From: Mesotaenium endlicherianum
Lineage: Eukaryota
Reading direction: 5' to 3'
Length of the DNA: 64,000 nt
NCBI GenBank assembly: GCA_009602735.1
Contig: WELA01002297.1
Location: 514,805 to 578,804, forward strand
The translations under genes and the position numbers were made by a program. The notes beneath the pieces are model-generated. The model was not told the DNA's origin. It saw nothing but the letters and a program-made list of their open reading frames with translations, and searched no databases. This document shows, one piece after another, positions 25,069-37,939 of this stretch (positions within the stretch are counted from its first letter, which is position 1; every line of letters starts with the position of its first letter).

Positions 25069-26439
25069 GCTGCTGCCGGGGTTTTGTGCGCAGCCAGGGT
25101 TTAGGCCCTGGCTGTGCGCAGCCGTGCGCGGGCCGTCGGCACCGCGATCAGACATCCGACCGCGTGGCGCAGTCGAGGTAGCCCCCCCCTGACTGAGGGT
25201 GGCTGCTCCGACCGCCAGATCTGTGCCGGCTGAGCCGGGCCATGCGTGCGTGCCAAGTGGCGGCACGTGCGCGGCAGGGGCTGAGCCCTGGATGTGCGCA
25301 GCTACGGGTGCGCTGTCGGTGCTTTTGCCGGCGATCCGGCCGCACAGCGCAGTCAGGACACTCTCCTGCTGACCGAGGGTGGCGGCCGCTGCGGCCGTCG
25401 CTGAGCTGGCCGTGCGGGACTGCGCGCACGTGCCACTTGGCAACGCGTGGGTGCAGCTGCTGTGCGCAGCTGCAGCTGCTGCTGTGACGATGTCGTGGTG
25501 TTGCTGGGTGCGCCGTGGACATGGCAGCGCAGTGCGCGGGGCGCGCGTGTGAGCCAGCGTGCGTGCGTGCATGCTGCTGTCGGCAGGGGCGGCCCCGCTT
25601 ATCGTGCACGTGCAACGTGGCGGGTTCTGCTGGCGCCTGCTGTCTGCGGCAGCCAGCGGGGACCAGCTGTCCCCGCCTGTGCGCAGAGATGCGCACGGGC
25701 GTGTCGCACGGACGGGGAGGGAGGCTGCGGCCAGACCAGCTGTAGCCGTGCATGCCGCCAGGTGCCCCCGTCCCTGCCTGCCAGCTGTTGCTACGCGGGC
25801 TGACGGGAGGCCTGCTGGTGCCAGCAGGGAAACGTAAGCCAGGGGCTCTGTCGGGGCCTCGGCTGGCGTGCGGGCTGGCCCGCGTGAGCGCAAGCTTGCG
25901 CCGGGGGATGGCGCAACCACGCAGTCGTGCAGCCTGCCATCCGGCAGTCTGTCGGGTTTCCGGCTGTCGCTGTTGACAGCTGCTAGAGCGGTGCACACAG
26001 GGCTAGCAAAGCTGCCTGTGCGGGTGCGTGCAGCTCTGGCAGCGGGCGCTACGTCGTAACGCGGACGTGCACGGGGCTGCGGCGCTGCCGCTGAGCCTGA
26101 TGCGTGCGCTGAAGCTGTGAGTGCGCCAGCTGTCAGTGCCGTGGCGTAGGACGGTGGAGCGGACGCAAGAAGTGCTCCGCACGCGTCATAGTTATCGACG
26201 TCGATGAGGCCACGGAGCCTAGCGATCTCCGCGTTGGCCTCCACGAGGGCGTCGTTGACGTCGTCGAAGCTGCAGTAGTCGGCTCCAGGCATCAGTGCAG
26301 CGTCCGTCGTCGCCGTAGCTGCTGTCATTGCGGGGCAGCCACCCGTACGAGGGTTGCGTGCGTCTCGCTGTCCTGCTGACGGCGTAGGGCTGTCGCGAGC
26401 GCGTCCGTTCTCGACGTCGCGCTTCTTCTGCAGACAGAC

Positions 26440-27519
26440 GATCTGCAGGTGGCTGGCCTTGCCACAATAGGTGCAGTCGCCAGGCTTGCCATTCTGCGCA
26501 AGAGTGCACTTTTGGCGTGAGTGGCCCGTCTTCCCGCAGGACCAGCAGGGATCGCTCGTAGTGGCAGCCATGAAAACGCGGCCATGCATAGCTCCTCGCT
26601 GCTGTGTCTGCTGGGGCAGCTGAGAGCGCTGAGGCTGCTGCTGCTACGACTGGGGCTGGCGGGCAGGCGTCGTGCGCGTCGTAGAAGACGGCAGCACTGA
26701 GGCCTCCTGGCGCACGCCCGTAGATGCTAAGCCCACACGATCGCTAATGTTGCTCCGTGCGGCGGCCAAGCTCTGTTTCTCAACCGAGAGGTAGGCCTGC
26801 TTCAGAGAATACTCTGAATCGTGGCGGTCGATGAGGGGGACTACAGCCCTCTCCATCAGACGCGGCTCGACGGCGCGCAAGAAGATCTCCGCGGCCTCCC
26901 GGTCAGTGACAGTTTCGACATCGCGGCGGAGGTGCACCAAGCGGCGGTACATCATGCGAATAGTCTCGTTCTTGCGACGGAAGAAATGGTGCAGCTCGTA
27001 CACCTTCTCTTCAGTTGCAGCCTGGAACTCTGTCTTCAGGATGTTCCAGAAGGCTTGCACTGGATCAGCTAGCAGGGTCGCCAGTGGTGGGTCACCCACA
27101 AGCTCAGTGCGGGTCCGAAGCTCGGCCTCCTTCTCACGGAAGGTGTCGCGGGCCTCGTGCGAGAGGTAGCGCATAAGCGTGTCAAAGACGTTGCGCTTAG
27201 TCAGCGTGGGTGTCTTGAGCTTTGCAGCCGCGAAGTCAGCCTGAAACTCCGAGATTGTATCTTCCAGATCACAGGTGCCTGGCCTACCGCTGAAGCGGTA
27301 GGCAGACCTGTCAGTCTTGACCTCGTGGTCACCTGCCATGGGATACCAGAAATCGTAGTGAGCCCACTGGGGAGATGGCTCAGAAGCAACTGCCGTGTGC
27401 TGGAGAGCAGGTTGCTCTTCTTCGGCGGGTTTAGTGATAGTGCTGAGATCCGAGTCTAAGTCTTCTCCACCAACCCCTTTGTAGTATGGCTGATAAGAAA
27501 GCCCACTACGGGTAGGCAT
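26440..27519 (-). pseudogene. D1 gag (in-frame TAG at 26644-26646) with two zinc knuckles
   Basis: ORFs 26644-27519 and 24427-26589 are in the same frame. Knuckles CWSCGKTGHSRQKC and CTYCGKASHLQIVC. Confidence 0.85.
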
Positions 27520-27548
27520 ACGCTGAAGGTTCTAATTGCTTGAAGGCA

Positions 27549-27568
27549 AAGAGAGATCTTTTAGAAGT
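27549..27568 (-). promoter_or_regulatory. Putative self-priming PBS of D1
   Basis: ACTTCTAAAAGATCTCTCTT directly after A1 is complementary at 19/20 positions to repeat-A segment 16449-16468. No TGG-initiated tRNA PBS is present. Confidence 0.6.
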
Positions 27569-27860
27569 AAGGGAAGTGTACTCTCCAGAGTGAGCACCTC
27601 AAGACTGTAATCTGGTAGGAAAACAACTAATGAAGTATGGCCCAAAAGATCACAGGAAGCACATCACGATCTTCAGAGTAGTCCAATGGCAAGGGCTTAA
27701 GCTGTGACTTTGCTCACCACTTGTGAAGTTCTTCAAGAGACTGGAAGCCTGGAGGGCTTGCTCTTCACAAGAGAGTAACTAAGTGGTCCTGAAAACACAA
27801 GAGATAAAAGTGTAAGCTTTACTGATAATCTCTGTTACTTACACCTGGCATAATGGACTT
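27568..27860 (-). repeat. D1 repeat A1 (5'-truncated)
   Basis: Matches 16160-16452. Ends exactly where A2 meets B2, 48 nt before the gag ATG. Confidence 0.92.
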
Positions 27861-29354
27861 ACACCTGGCAAATCAAGAGGTCATCCCAATTGTCTTATTT
27901 TTCGTTAATGCATGCTCTCAGCACTTCTTGCAGAAGTCGATTAGGTCTCTCAGTCTGCCCATCAATGTGAGGGTGGTTTGCTATGCTGAGCAGCTGTTTG
28001 ACTCCCACTAACTCCATTAAAGCTCTCCTAAAATTGGAAGTAAATTTTGAGTCTCTGTCCGAGATGATGTTAGATGGCAATTCTAGGTAGTGTTACCACC
28101 CAGTCTATGGGTATTGTTTCCCATCGTCTAGCTGGGATTGGTAGTGGTTGTAATAGCCCCCCAGGTGGTGTGTGTCTTGACTTGTTTTTCTAACACTGAT
28201 CACAAGCGTCAACATATTTCAAGACCTCCTGAGGCAACCCTTCCCTGTGTTAATGTTTGGTCAAGTTTGCCAACAGTTTTGGCCTGCCCCAAGTGTCCAC
28301 CCAATAAACTGTCATGTGCTTGACTCAGTAAAAGTGAACTTATTTCCAAGTTATTAGGAACTACCTGCTTCAGCCTGCCTGAAGTGATTTCAAGTACCCA
28401 GACTCCTCCCTTTGGCTTATACCCGAGTGCATTAGCAGGACACGCACCACCAGTTTGGCTGGGCTTGAAATGATGGGTCAGAAAGGTAGGCTTTCCTAAG
28501 ATGTTCAAGGAAGGACTTTTTCAACTATAGAGAAGTGAGTGCACAAAGAACCTTCTTAACCGCGATCTGATCAAAGCTCCATTTTTGCAGATCACGTCTT
28601 CTAAAGAGAGCATCAGCAGGATTCAACTGCCCTGGTTCGTAGTCAATCTGGACTTGGAATTGCTCCAGCATCTGGCTCTAGCGGTTCTCCTTCCTCGACA
28701 GCTTGGACTTCTTCCGAAAATGGGTTAGAGCTAGATAATCTGTTATCACCTTAAAAGCATATTACCATGTAGCTATGCTCTCCACTGTTTGAGCTCATGA
28801 ATGATAGCCAACAGCTCTTTATCATGCACAAAGTAATTGATCTCAGCTAGATTCATCTTCATAGACTCAACCAGCACAGGGTGCCACTCCTGCTTTACCT
28901 TACCATCCTTTGTGGTTTTGTCAACAAGCTGCAACAAAATAGCACCTATGGCAAAGTGAGAAGCAAAAGTAACCACCTGCACAAGTTTGCTGGGGTCATA
29001 CACAGCTAGGACTGGGGCAAAACAATGAGCACATTTAACGGTCTGGAAGGCAGCGTGCTGCTCTTCCCCCCACATACCCTATTTCCTTAGTGAGATCAGT
29101 TAGTTCACTGGCCTTTATAGAATAATTCTCAACAAATCTCCTATAGTAGTTAGCCAATCCCAAGAAGGATCTAATTTTCGAGTCAGATTGTGGTACTGGC
29201 CACTCCCTTATGGTCTTGACTTTCTTAGGATCCACAATAATGCCTTTCTTACTGACAATGTGGCCTAAGAATTCAATATTCTCCTTAAAAAAATCACAAT
29301 TGCTCATTTTGGCATATAATTGATTCTTTCTTAGAGTGTATATTATTATCTTCA

Positions 29355-29357
<3 letters not shown>

Positions 29358-29393
<36 letters not shown>

Positions 29394-29488
29394 NNNNNNN
29401 NNNNNNNNNNNNNNNNNNNNNNNNNNNNNNNNNNNNNNNNNNNNNNNNNNNNNNNNNNNNNNNNNNNNNNNNNNNNNNNNNNNNNNNN

Positions 29489-29528
<40 letters not shown>

Positions 29529-29531
29529 TCT
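29358..29531. repeat. (CT)n microsatellite with assembly gap 29394-29488, inside F1 RT
   Basis: Seen directly. Confidence 0.97.
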
Positions 29532-32407
29532 GTGCTCGTCATGCTCACCTTCATTCTTATGGAGAATTGCAATATCATCCAAGAAGACTTGCCCAAACTT
29601 ACCCAAGTGAGCCTTGAAAATGTCATTCATAGCACCCATGAAGGTTGCAAGAGCATTAGTCAGCCCAAATGGAATCGCATAAAACTCACAGTGTCCATAA
29701 TGTATGCGGAAGGCAGTCTTGTGTTCATCTCCCTCAGCAATTCTAATTCCATGATAACCATTCTTGAGATTTATCTTATAAAATACGTTAGCATTAGATA
29801 AGGTATCAAGCAAATCCTCAATTCCGGGTAAAGCATACTTGTTCTTTTTGTAATATTGTTAAGATCTCTGTAATCTACACACATTCCCAAACCGCCATCC
29901 TTCTTCTTAACAAATAAGATGGGTGCGCCATAAGGTGATTTAGTGGAAGAAATATGATCATTTTTTGCCAAATCTGCAATCTGTGTTATTAACTCTTCAC
30001 TCTCCACATAAAGCCATAGGTGCGTTGCCAAGGTGGCTAACTCCCAAGTAACAGATCAATGTTGTGATCTACTTCCCTCTTAGGGGCCGATCCTGGAGGC
30101 ATGTTAAAAACATTGGCATACTAAGCAACAATTCTTGCAACAGTACGGTGCTCTAGAGGACTCACCTGTTTCTCAACCACTTTTCCAGGTTGAGGGGGTA
30201 ACTCATTTAGCAGCAAACAGAACATTATGTCTTCCTTCTGGTTCCAGTTTTTGTTGAACTTCATTCCATTCAACAATTTGCATTCTTGTAGAATCCTATT
30301 CCATCCCTTCACTTGCCATCCATAAAAGACAAGTGGAAGAGCACTGGTGGGTGCCAAGTTAGTCTGCCCATCATTGGCTCCTCTCACTTTAACTGTACCT
30401 CTGCTCCAATACACTTCAGCTTGATGTCTATTAAGCCACGACCTGCCCAGCACGAGATCATAAAAGCCAGTGTTGAGTACCTCAAATGAAAGCGTTTCAG
30501 TTAGAACTGCAATGCCAGAACCTAACTGGACCTCAATAGGCTTGGTTATAACTCCTCCCGGGATACTTGAGGCATCTCCAAGGATTATTTTTCTATTCCC
30601 TTGGGTGACAGTAGGCAGCCTTAGCCGCTTAACTAAGTCCTTATGGATAAAAGTATGTGACGCTCCTCCGAAAACAAATGTCCTCATCAACCTGCCTGCA
30701 ATCATACAATGCAATTGGATAGGGGGGACGGACTTTTCCTAATTTTGCATTGTTCTCCTGACTTAGCAAAGAAATGTCGGACATCAAGTGGAACAAGATC
30801 ATCCGAAGCGTGCACTCTCTGGGGGTCTATATTGCTAATGGTCTCCTTTATCTGTTTGTCAGGCATGCATAGTGAATGCAGTGTAGCGGGACCCATAATA
30901 CCTGCTACGAGAGCAGCTAGCAATGACTCACTACCTCTAGTATCCTCACAGTCAGTAGATTGGATTGCTGACTGTTGGTATCTTTTGAAGGCTGATCCTT
31001 TCTCTTGACCTTTAGAAGGTGCTTGCTAGGACACTGCTCTCTGTAGTGGCCCAACTGCTGGCAATGGTAGATTTTGCTGAGGTTGGTCTCGGCTTAGTCC
31101 TACCACCACCTAATCCATAACCACCTCGAGAGTGTCCAACTCTCCCTCTACACTGTATAGCACTATATTCATACGGATACTCATCACTCTGATCGTCCTC
31201 AGCCTGATCCCTCTTAATTACATTGTAGGAACAAGGAGGCTCTTTGACAATCTTAGACACCAAAGTATTACTCGGGCGCTTGTAATTGAATTGCTGCTTC
31301 TCCCAGGCATCGGCATCTTGGATGAAGTCAGCTAGTTTCTCATATTTCTTTTCAGCAAAATGACCTAAGACCCCGAATTTCAAGCCATACCTGAAGTATG
31401 CTACCTATACCGCTCCGGCACTTCCAACTGCTTCATTCTCTTGGAACTTCTGAGCAAACTCAGCAACTGAAGTGGTCTGCTTCAGTGTCAAGAAGATCAT
31501 CGCATAGATAGCTTTCTCCTCCTGATTGATAACATCAAACTTCTCATGCAGCTTCTTAACAAACTCTACCCAAGTTATTGACCCTCACGCTCTTCTTTCC
31601 AATACAGCCACCAGCTTGCTGCATTGCCTTTCAAAAAAGCGCGTTGCCTGGTTTTCTCGTAGTCCTGCAATTCTGGGTTGTTCTCCAGCCATTGCTCAAC
31701 ATCAGCGAGAAACTTGATCAAGTAGTACTTTCTCTTTCCCTCTGGGTCATAGTCCTGAGAGGGTTTTGGCTTAGGCTTACTAGGCGCTCTGCTACCACGA
31801 CTAGTGGTTTGAGAACCCAGTTGGTCTCCGTTACGCAGCAATGACATCATGCTCCTTATGTCCTTCTGTTGGGACTAATTCATGCTCGCCATTTGCGATT
31901 GCATTTGCACAAATAATGCTCCCAGATGTACATTCTGAGGTGGTAGAGTAGCAAACGCCGTAGCAGCAACAGTAGCTTAATTAGTCGTAGCTTCGACATT
32001 CCGAATTGCTGCTGCTTCGACTGTGCCTGTTGCACTCAGTTGTTTGTGAATTTGAGGGAGAGGTATAGCTGTAGGCAAAAGAGGAGATTGACCCTCTCTG
32101 CCATCTGATCTTCCACCCTCCTTTGGTCACGAGCCTCCTGTTTTCTACCTCTTCTACCTCTTTGGCTACTCGTTCATCCTTAGCTTGCAGGGATGCTACT
32201 GCAGCAAGAGCTGCTGCTTCCCCTGCATCTTCTATAGCTCCTGCATCACGTAGCGTTTCAAAGTAGGTACGGGTTCCAAAAACGCAATCATCATCTTGCC
32301 CTCCCTCAATGTGATCATTGTTCTCCATATCCATTTTGCGAGAGTTGCTAGCTTGAGATCGAGTCCTTATCATATAAGACTACTATGATAAGTAGGTCCA
32401 ATACCAC

Positions 32408-33123
32408 TGAAATGAATCGACTTACCAGTGGGTAATTAACAATTAATAAAATATCTTTATGTCTGCAAGTAATCTTCATGGTAATTTTTGTTAAGTGGTT
32501 AAACAAAAAAGACAACGAATTAGCGATACACAATACTCATATTCAAATGCAAGTATACGAGCATCAATCATGCAATCGATAAACTCATACATAAGCAAGG
32601 TTCGAAGACAGTTCACGTCAATGGCTTCTCGTCTTGGATTCAGATTTCTTTCAGTAAGCTGTACAAGAGAGTTGGCCTTGTTTCCAAATACCTAACTCAA
32701 GAGCAATACCTAGCATATGTACATGGAATGATTTTACTGTTCAACAGCAAGTGCGATGGCACCGCCTACCCGGGAGTTAACCACGTTGGTAGGACCTCGG
32801 CTTACCAAATCCACCACCATCTCCCATCATCCCGAAGAGCCATCCATCCTAGAAATGTTCTCTGGCCCTTCATCTAGCATATCACACTTAGATGCATGAC
32901 TAGGTGGTTCGCTGCTACCGAGTACGGAAGTCAGCTGGCTGACAATGGATGTGTCAGCAAGCCGACCAAAGTTGACTTCAGCCTGCTGCTCTCGGCTGAG
33001 TCATTAACTTGATCAATTATATAACTCCAAGAGAATTAGTATTAACTATAGTCCAGCAGGCTGAACTTAATTATCTACTGTATCTAAATGAATATTTATC
33101 TACCAAGATACTGATTTATTACA
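32408..33123 (-). repeat. 5' LTR of F1 copy 2
   Basis: TGAAATGAAT...TTATTACA; homologous to 4376-5075. Confidence 0.9.
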
Positions 33124-35260
33124 CATGTATGTAGCATTTCAATTGGAAGAAGCTATCTAAATATTTTGCTTCTTGCCGTTTTGCCTAGCCACAGTCCCTC
33201 ATGTCTTCGTTAGGATCTTGAAAGAAACTGGTGAGGATGTGGAGAGGGGATGAAATTACGATTCTTTCCTACTTAGATGACTTCCTGATTTGTTGTAGCT
33301 CTATTGCGCAGCACACTACCTCACAAGCTTCGATCCGCCAAGGTTTCCATGGAGCAAATTTGTATTGTCAACGCACAAAAAGTTGTTTTGGATCAGACCC
33401 AAGTCCTGAAATTTCTAGGTATCATAATTTACTCTAGAAACCTAACCGTTCACGTAGAAAACTCTAGCTTCTATAGAGTCTTAGTCACCTCAAAGATGCC
33501 CTGTCCACAAAAAGACTAGTCAATGTAAAAAAGATAACAAGACAGATGGTTTCCATGAGAATCACATTTAGGGATATCACTAGGTTATTTTCCAGAGTCT
33601 TGTTTACTTGCATGGCAGGAATAAAATATTGGTCAATTGAAGTGAAGCTCTTACCTCAAGTAGCAGAAGAACTGGGCTTCTAGGAATCCTCCTTCAATAA
33701 GTTTAATGGAGGACATCTCATGACTATGTTGTGTCCTGATTATCTTTTGCAAACAATCTTCTTCAAGGGCAGTTGGGCTGTAAGGTCACAAGAATGTAGA
33801 GTGCATTTTTGTGGTCATTCTGATATAGAATTTGTCAAATTTGGTTGAGTATTGAGAAAGTAATGAATTTCTGAAGTTTTAATAGTTTCAAGGTTGGTCG
33901 ACGACTATCTTTAATTCGCGGTAAGCACGATCTTCGGATTGACCGACAGCGTCGAGCGATCTGGGCCGTTAGAGTGAATTCAAACCTTCACGTAATTTTG
34001 GCTAACGCATAGTGCTGACCAGGTCGATTTACCTAGAAGTTTCGGATTAGCCTAGCGCGTCTAAGTTAGTATATTCTAGATATTTCGATGCATATATGTG
34101 GATGTCAAATCAACCTGACACGTTGGATGAGGCTGATCTGGCCTACTCACAAATATTCTAGAAGGGACAATTTGACAAACACTTAGGAAATTTCATTGGT
34201 AAGCGGCCCTCCCTCGTAGAGGCGAGCGGTCGTTGTAGAACACTAAAAATATAAATAGGCATAACTTCTTTGTTTCTCATCAATATTTATTTCTGTAAAG
34301 TTTTACGAGTTTGCAATGACGACGCCTTTCTTTCAATGTCATTTAAAAGCACTTTCTTGCTACTCAAAATGTTGAATATTTTTTCTAAGCTTTCTTAGTG
34401 ACATGCCGCTATACTCTTTAGTATGATTGCAACTAGTTTAGTTCCTCGCTACGCTTCCACTAAGGCACTCTGCCCCTTTCATGGGCAGCTTACCTCAAGG
34501 AGTTCTCCACTGCAAGACAGTGGGAGCTTACGAGTCCTCCTACCCCAGACCTCCAGCCCAGATCAGAAACACCATGGCAGCCCTCACTGCACCAGCTCAG
34601 ATTGTTAAAGGTTCTCAAGTCCTGATTAGGACTTATAGCTGGGCATTATACAAAATTTTAAAATTAGGAAGTTCTAGGAAGCCTCAGGTGCTTGATACTT
34701 GCAAAGAGGTCTTCTCTCTCACAATGGCTCATCAAATAGCACTACAGATTGAATGTATAGAGAGTTGCATGGACACAGCTATTAGGAGTCAGTCCCAAGC
34801 CTTGGATATGGATGAATCATGACTTCACTTTACACATAAACTCTTTTCAACTTGCTACAGATCACCTGGGGGCCTCACACTATTGATAAATTTGCCTCTC
34901 CCCATAATAGCCAACTGGATAGGTACAATGCAAGATGGCTGTGTCCTTCAACGGAAGCCCTAAATCCTTTACAAAAAACTGGAAAGGAGAAGTGAAATAT
35001 TGTTTCCCACCTCTCCAGCTTATATATGAAGTGGCCAAACACACCCTGAAGTGCCAGTCTGCCTGTACCCTTCTTCTCCCACTGTGGAAAGCTGCTACTT
35101 GATGGTCTAGGTTACTGAGCAGCCCACATCACTTGGCCCCTTTTGTCACTAGGTACCTGTACTTAGGCTACAATACACAGGTATTGAGACCAGGAGCTAA
35201 CAAGAGAGCTTTTGGAGGAAAAGGCATTCTCTTGTGCTCTATGCTAGCTCTGAGAGTCAA
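33124..35260 (+). pseudogene. Decayed DIRS-like retrotransposon pol (RT, RNase H, adenine-methyltransferase-like domain)
   Basis: Fragments LPFxLATVPHVF...ILSYLDDFLI...LKFLGII; RNase H-like KGSQVLIRT...GSSRK; then WGPHTIDKFAS...CFPP...LLPLWKAA. No tyrosine recombinase seen. Confidence 0.7.
33779..34481. mobile_element. Solo LTR (703 bp), TSD TGGGC
   Basis: TGTAAGG...CCTTTCA with TGGGC on both sides; homologous to 63006-63740. Confidence 0.88.
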
Positions 35261-35625
35261 TAGCATGGTGCCTAAGCAGAGGCTTAGATTGCCAATCATC
35301 TTGCCTCGAGGGAGATGGAGAGAGGAAGTCTGGAGATGGCATTTCAAATGATGGCTCCATCAACCTCGAAGACTTACAACACGTACTAGAGGCGTTTCCA
35401 AGAATGCTGCACACGGATGAAGGTATAAAACCTCCCTGCATCTGTTCCTACAGCTAGATTGTACTTGCTACACCTCTTGCAGGAAAGAGTCAGCATTTGA
35501 ACCTACTGCCTATTTATCTATCTGTGCCTAATTCTTATTATGTCTCTTTATGCTATATCTAATTCTGTATCTCTCATTAGTCTACTTTGTGACTTCCCTC
35601 AGTTCTAAATATTTTTTCGGCCATC

Positions 35626-36572
35626 TGTCGCGACTGCTATCCACTTGACAGTGCCGCACGCGCAACGCAAGTCACGGCCGTCCAGGTACGGAAAGTCAGC
35701 GTTGACGCACCAACCAAAAGACTGAGTTATCTCAGTCGGCGGTTATGTCAAAGTCGTTATCACTGTCAAAGTGGTCACGACACGTCAAACCCCATACCCA
35801 GGGATGTTGCAGAGGCGTTGCGTGCCACCTCGGTTAAGAGCCTCGAGTGACTAGCCACAGCTTGAGCGTTCATCTCAAACGCTGCCAGCCGCCAGCCACA
35901 TAGGCGTGATTGCCAGCTGAAACACTAAGCAGTCACGTGCGACAATCACAAGGCGTGCATGCATGCTGAGTGACAACTTCTAAAGTTGTTTGAGGGCTGT
36001 TAGGTAAGGACGGCATGCAAGCTAGGCGCTGTGACTAAGCACTGGCATTCTTGAGAGAGGATAATGTGTGGTGCCTGCAAAAGGCACTAATCTTGCCTGA
36101 AGCTGTCTCATTCTTGCTTGCATTATTGTCAAGGAAGCTGAAGGAGCAGGTACAGAAGAAAAGGAGAAGAAGGAGCGCAAAGAAGAAGGAGTTCCCAAGG
36201 CCACAGAAGAGCCGAGACGCCACGCTTCTGCCGATGCGGGAAGCTTTCTTCTCAATGTATCATAGAAAGGTCAGACCTCAGAAATTTCCAAGAGAGGATC
36301 TCGCTGGTAGAAAGTAGAGAGCTGCAAAATAGAATTTGTCAGGAGATTAGCACAGATTCGGGTCAAACGCCACAAGCGTGCGAAAGTCACTTAAAACAAT
36401 GAGTGCTGTGTTAGTTTCCAAGTTCTCAGAAGTCTCAATTGTCGAATTGCTGATAGCAAGAGTAGCATTAACAAGTAAAGCTCTTAGTGAAGAATTGAGT
36501 GAGCCTAGCCAAGCAATGAAGAATTGTTAAGGCGCGATGTTGAGCGAAGAGCTCAGACCAGGCCAGCATAGA
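35626..36572 (+). repeat. D2 repeat A1 (3' part and gag N-terminus apparently deleted)
   Basis: Matches 51329-~52398 except for a segment of about 125 bp that is missing. Confidence 0.92.
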
Positions 36573-36699
36573 GTTACATACATGTGACATGAGAGCATCT
36601 CGACATGTAACCCTCTTGCTAAGCACGCCAACACTGTTGAAACAGCTGAGGGCTGTTGAAATTGCAAGAAATCAGGACATTAGAAGAGAGATTGTCCGT

Positions 36700-37821
36700 A
36701 CCCGGATGCTAAGCAACTATCTGCGAGCAAGGCGCAGATATGCGCACATTGCAACAAGAAGGGGCACTCAGAAGATGAGTGCTGGTCTAAGAACCCAGAT
36801 TTAAAGCCGCCACGGGCAAATGCTGGCACGAAAGAGGCAGACAAGGAGAAAAAGAAAGAAAAGGGTGGCTCTGGTAACCGCAAGGGTAACCAGAAGTATG
36901 ACGCTATGAGTGCAAAAATCACTGAGTTGAAAGCTCAATCTGCGAAACTAAATGTGCCTAATGTCCACTATGATGCAGATGTTGCAGAAAAGACCGTCTG
37001 CAAAGGCGAGAAACTGATGCCTGAAAAGGCTGTGGGTGCAACGGCTGCCGAGCGAGCAGATCACGACTGTCTGGTGCCAAGGAATGCTGGGAAGTTTCCT
37101 CAGACTTTCCAGATTATTCTGGATGAAGATGAGATCTCGCAACTGCGACAAGCCAAGGCTGGGACGCGTAAGACATTTAGTTTTTCGCTGGAGAAGCTGA
37201 AGGCCCTGGTGGAACATCGGATCCAGCATGCTCCTTCGCTTTCTCTTGTTGATTTGCATATCACATACCTGTTCACGATTGAAAAAGTTGGACATATAGC
37301 TGAGGAGGGTGCGAACAGCGCTCATTGCCGACCAACTTCAGCACCGTGAGAGTGCAAAATAGGGATGGTGTACTAATATTCAACAATTGGGCAGCACCAA
37401 CATTCTGTTGGATACGGGCGCACAGCTAATCATCCTGGGAAAGCGAGCTGTGAAAGCTCTAGGATGGACAGCAAGGGACCTGAAAGAGAGTTCTTTCCAG
37501 TTAAGAACTGCCTCAAGGCAAGTCTCAAAGTCTTGTGGGATTACTCACAAGCCTGTGAAAATTACAGTAAATTCAGGAAAACCTAAAGAGGCGTCACTAC
37601 TCATGGAGTGCACAGTGACAGAGGCAGAGAACTATGATGTTCTCTTGGGAACAGAAGCGCTGATTCCCTTGGGTATGGTCATTGATTTGCAGAAGCCAGA
37701 ATCCTACGATAACATCATGAAGCGCGACGAGGAAAGCTATACGAGCATCAACATGCCAACACCCTTGGTATGGCAACCTCGGATTATGGAGCAACTCGAA
37801 ACTGTGAGTAACAGTGACTGA
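36700..37821 (+). pseudogene. D2 gag C-terminus and protease
   Basis: Knuckle CAHCNKKGHSEDEC at about 36741-36782; LLDTGAQ in ORF 37387-37821. Confidence 0.8.
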
Positions 37822-37939
37822 GGCTCACAAGAGCTGCTGCCAGTACCCTACCCAGTTACCTCTGCTGCAAACCTGATGCCTGGAGTCGAGCCGCTGCCGC
37901 AAGGCACATTGTCAGGATGGGAGATCCTTTTCGCAAAAA

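Larger units (their letters stand above)
16023..27860 (-). mobile_element. D1: Ty3/Gypsy-like retrotransposon with DNMT3-like domain, PHD finger and split direct repeats; 5' terminus deleted
   Basis: Gag with two CCHC knuckles, PR, DNMT, RT (CYIDD), RNase H (LHTNWS), DDE integrase and PHD. Repeats A1 27568-27860, B1 16953-17088, A2 16160-16950, B2 16023-16159. 3' end ...GCACGACA. Confidence 0.92.
10092..33123 (-). mobile_element. Degenerate chromovirus, family F1 copy 2, split by nested insertions (own sequence about 10092-10484 and 27871-33123)
   Basis: Chromodomain remnant EEYEVEEILDAR...LVIWKGY (about 10150-10255) and integrase C-terminus on the left. INT, RH, RT, PR and gag fragments at 27871-32373. 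PBS TGGTATTGGACC at 32395-32406, then the LTR. Confidence 0.8.

Noticed and set aside
17915..25996. Many long alternative-frame and antisense ORFs in D1
   Set aside because: Expected shadows of GC-rich coding DNA or ORFs running through N gaps; no motifs.
26644..26646. Programmed stop readthrough in D1 gag
   Set aside because: Lies in a CAG run upstream of the zinc knuckles; a CAG-to-TAG mutation is simpler.
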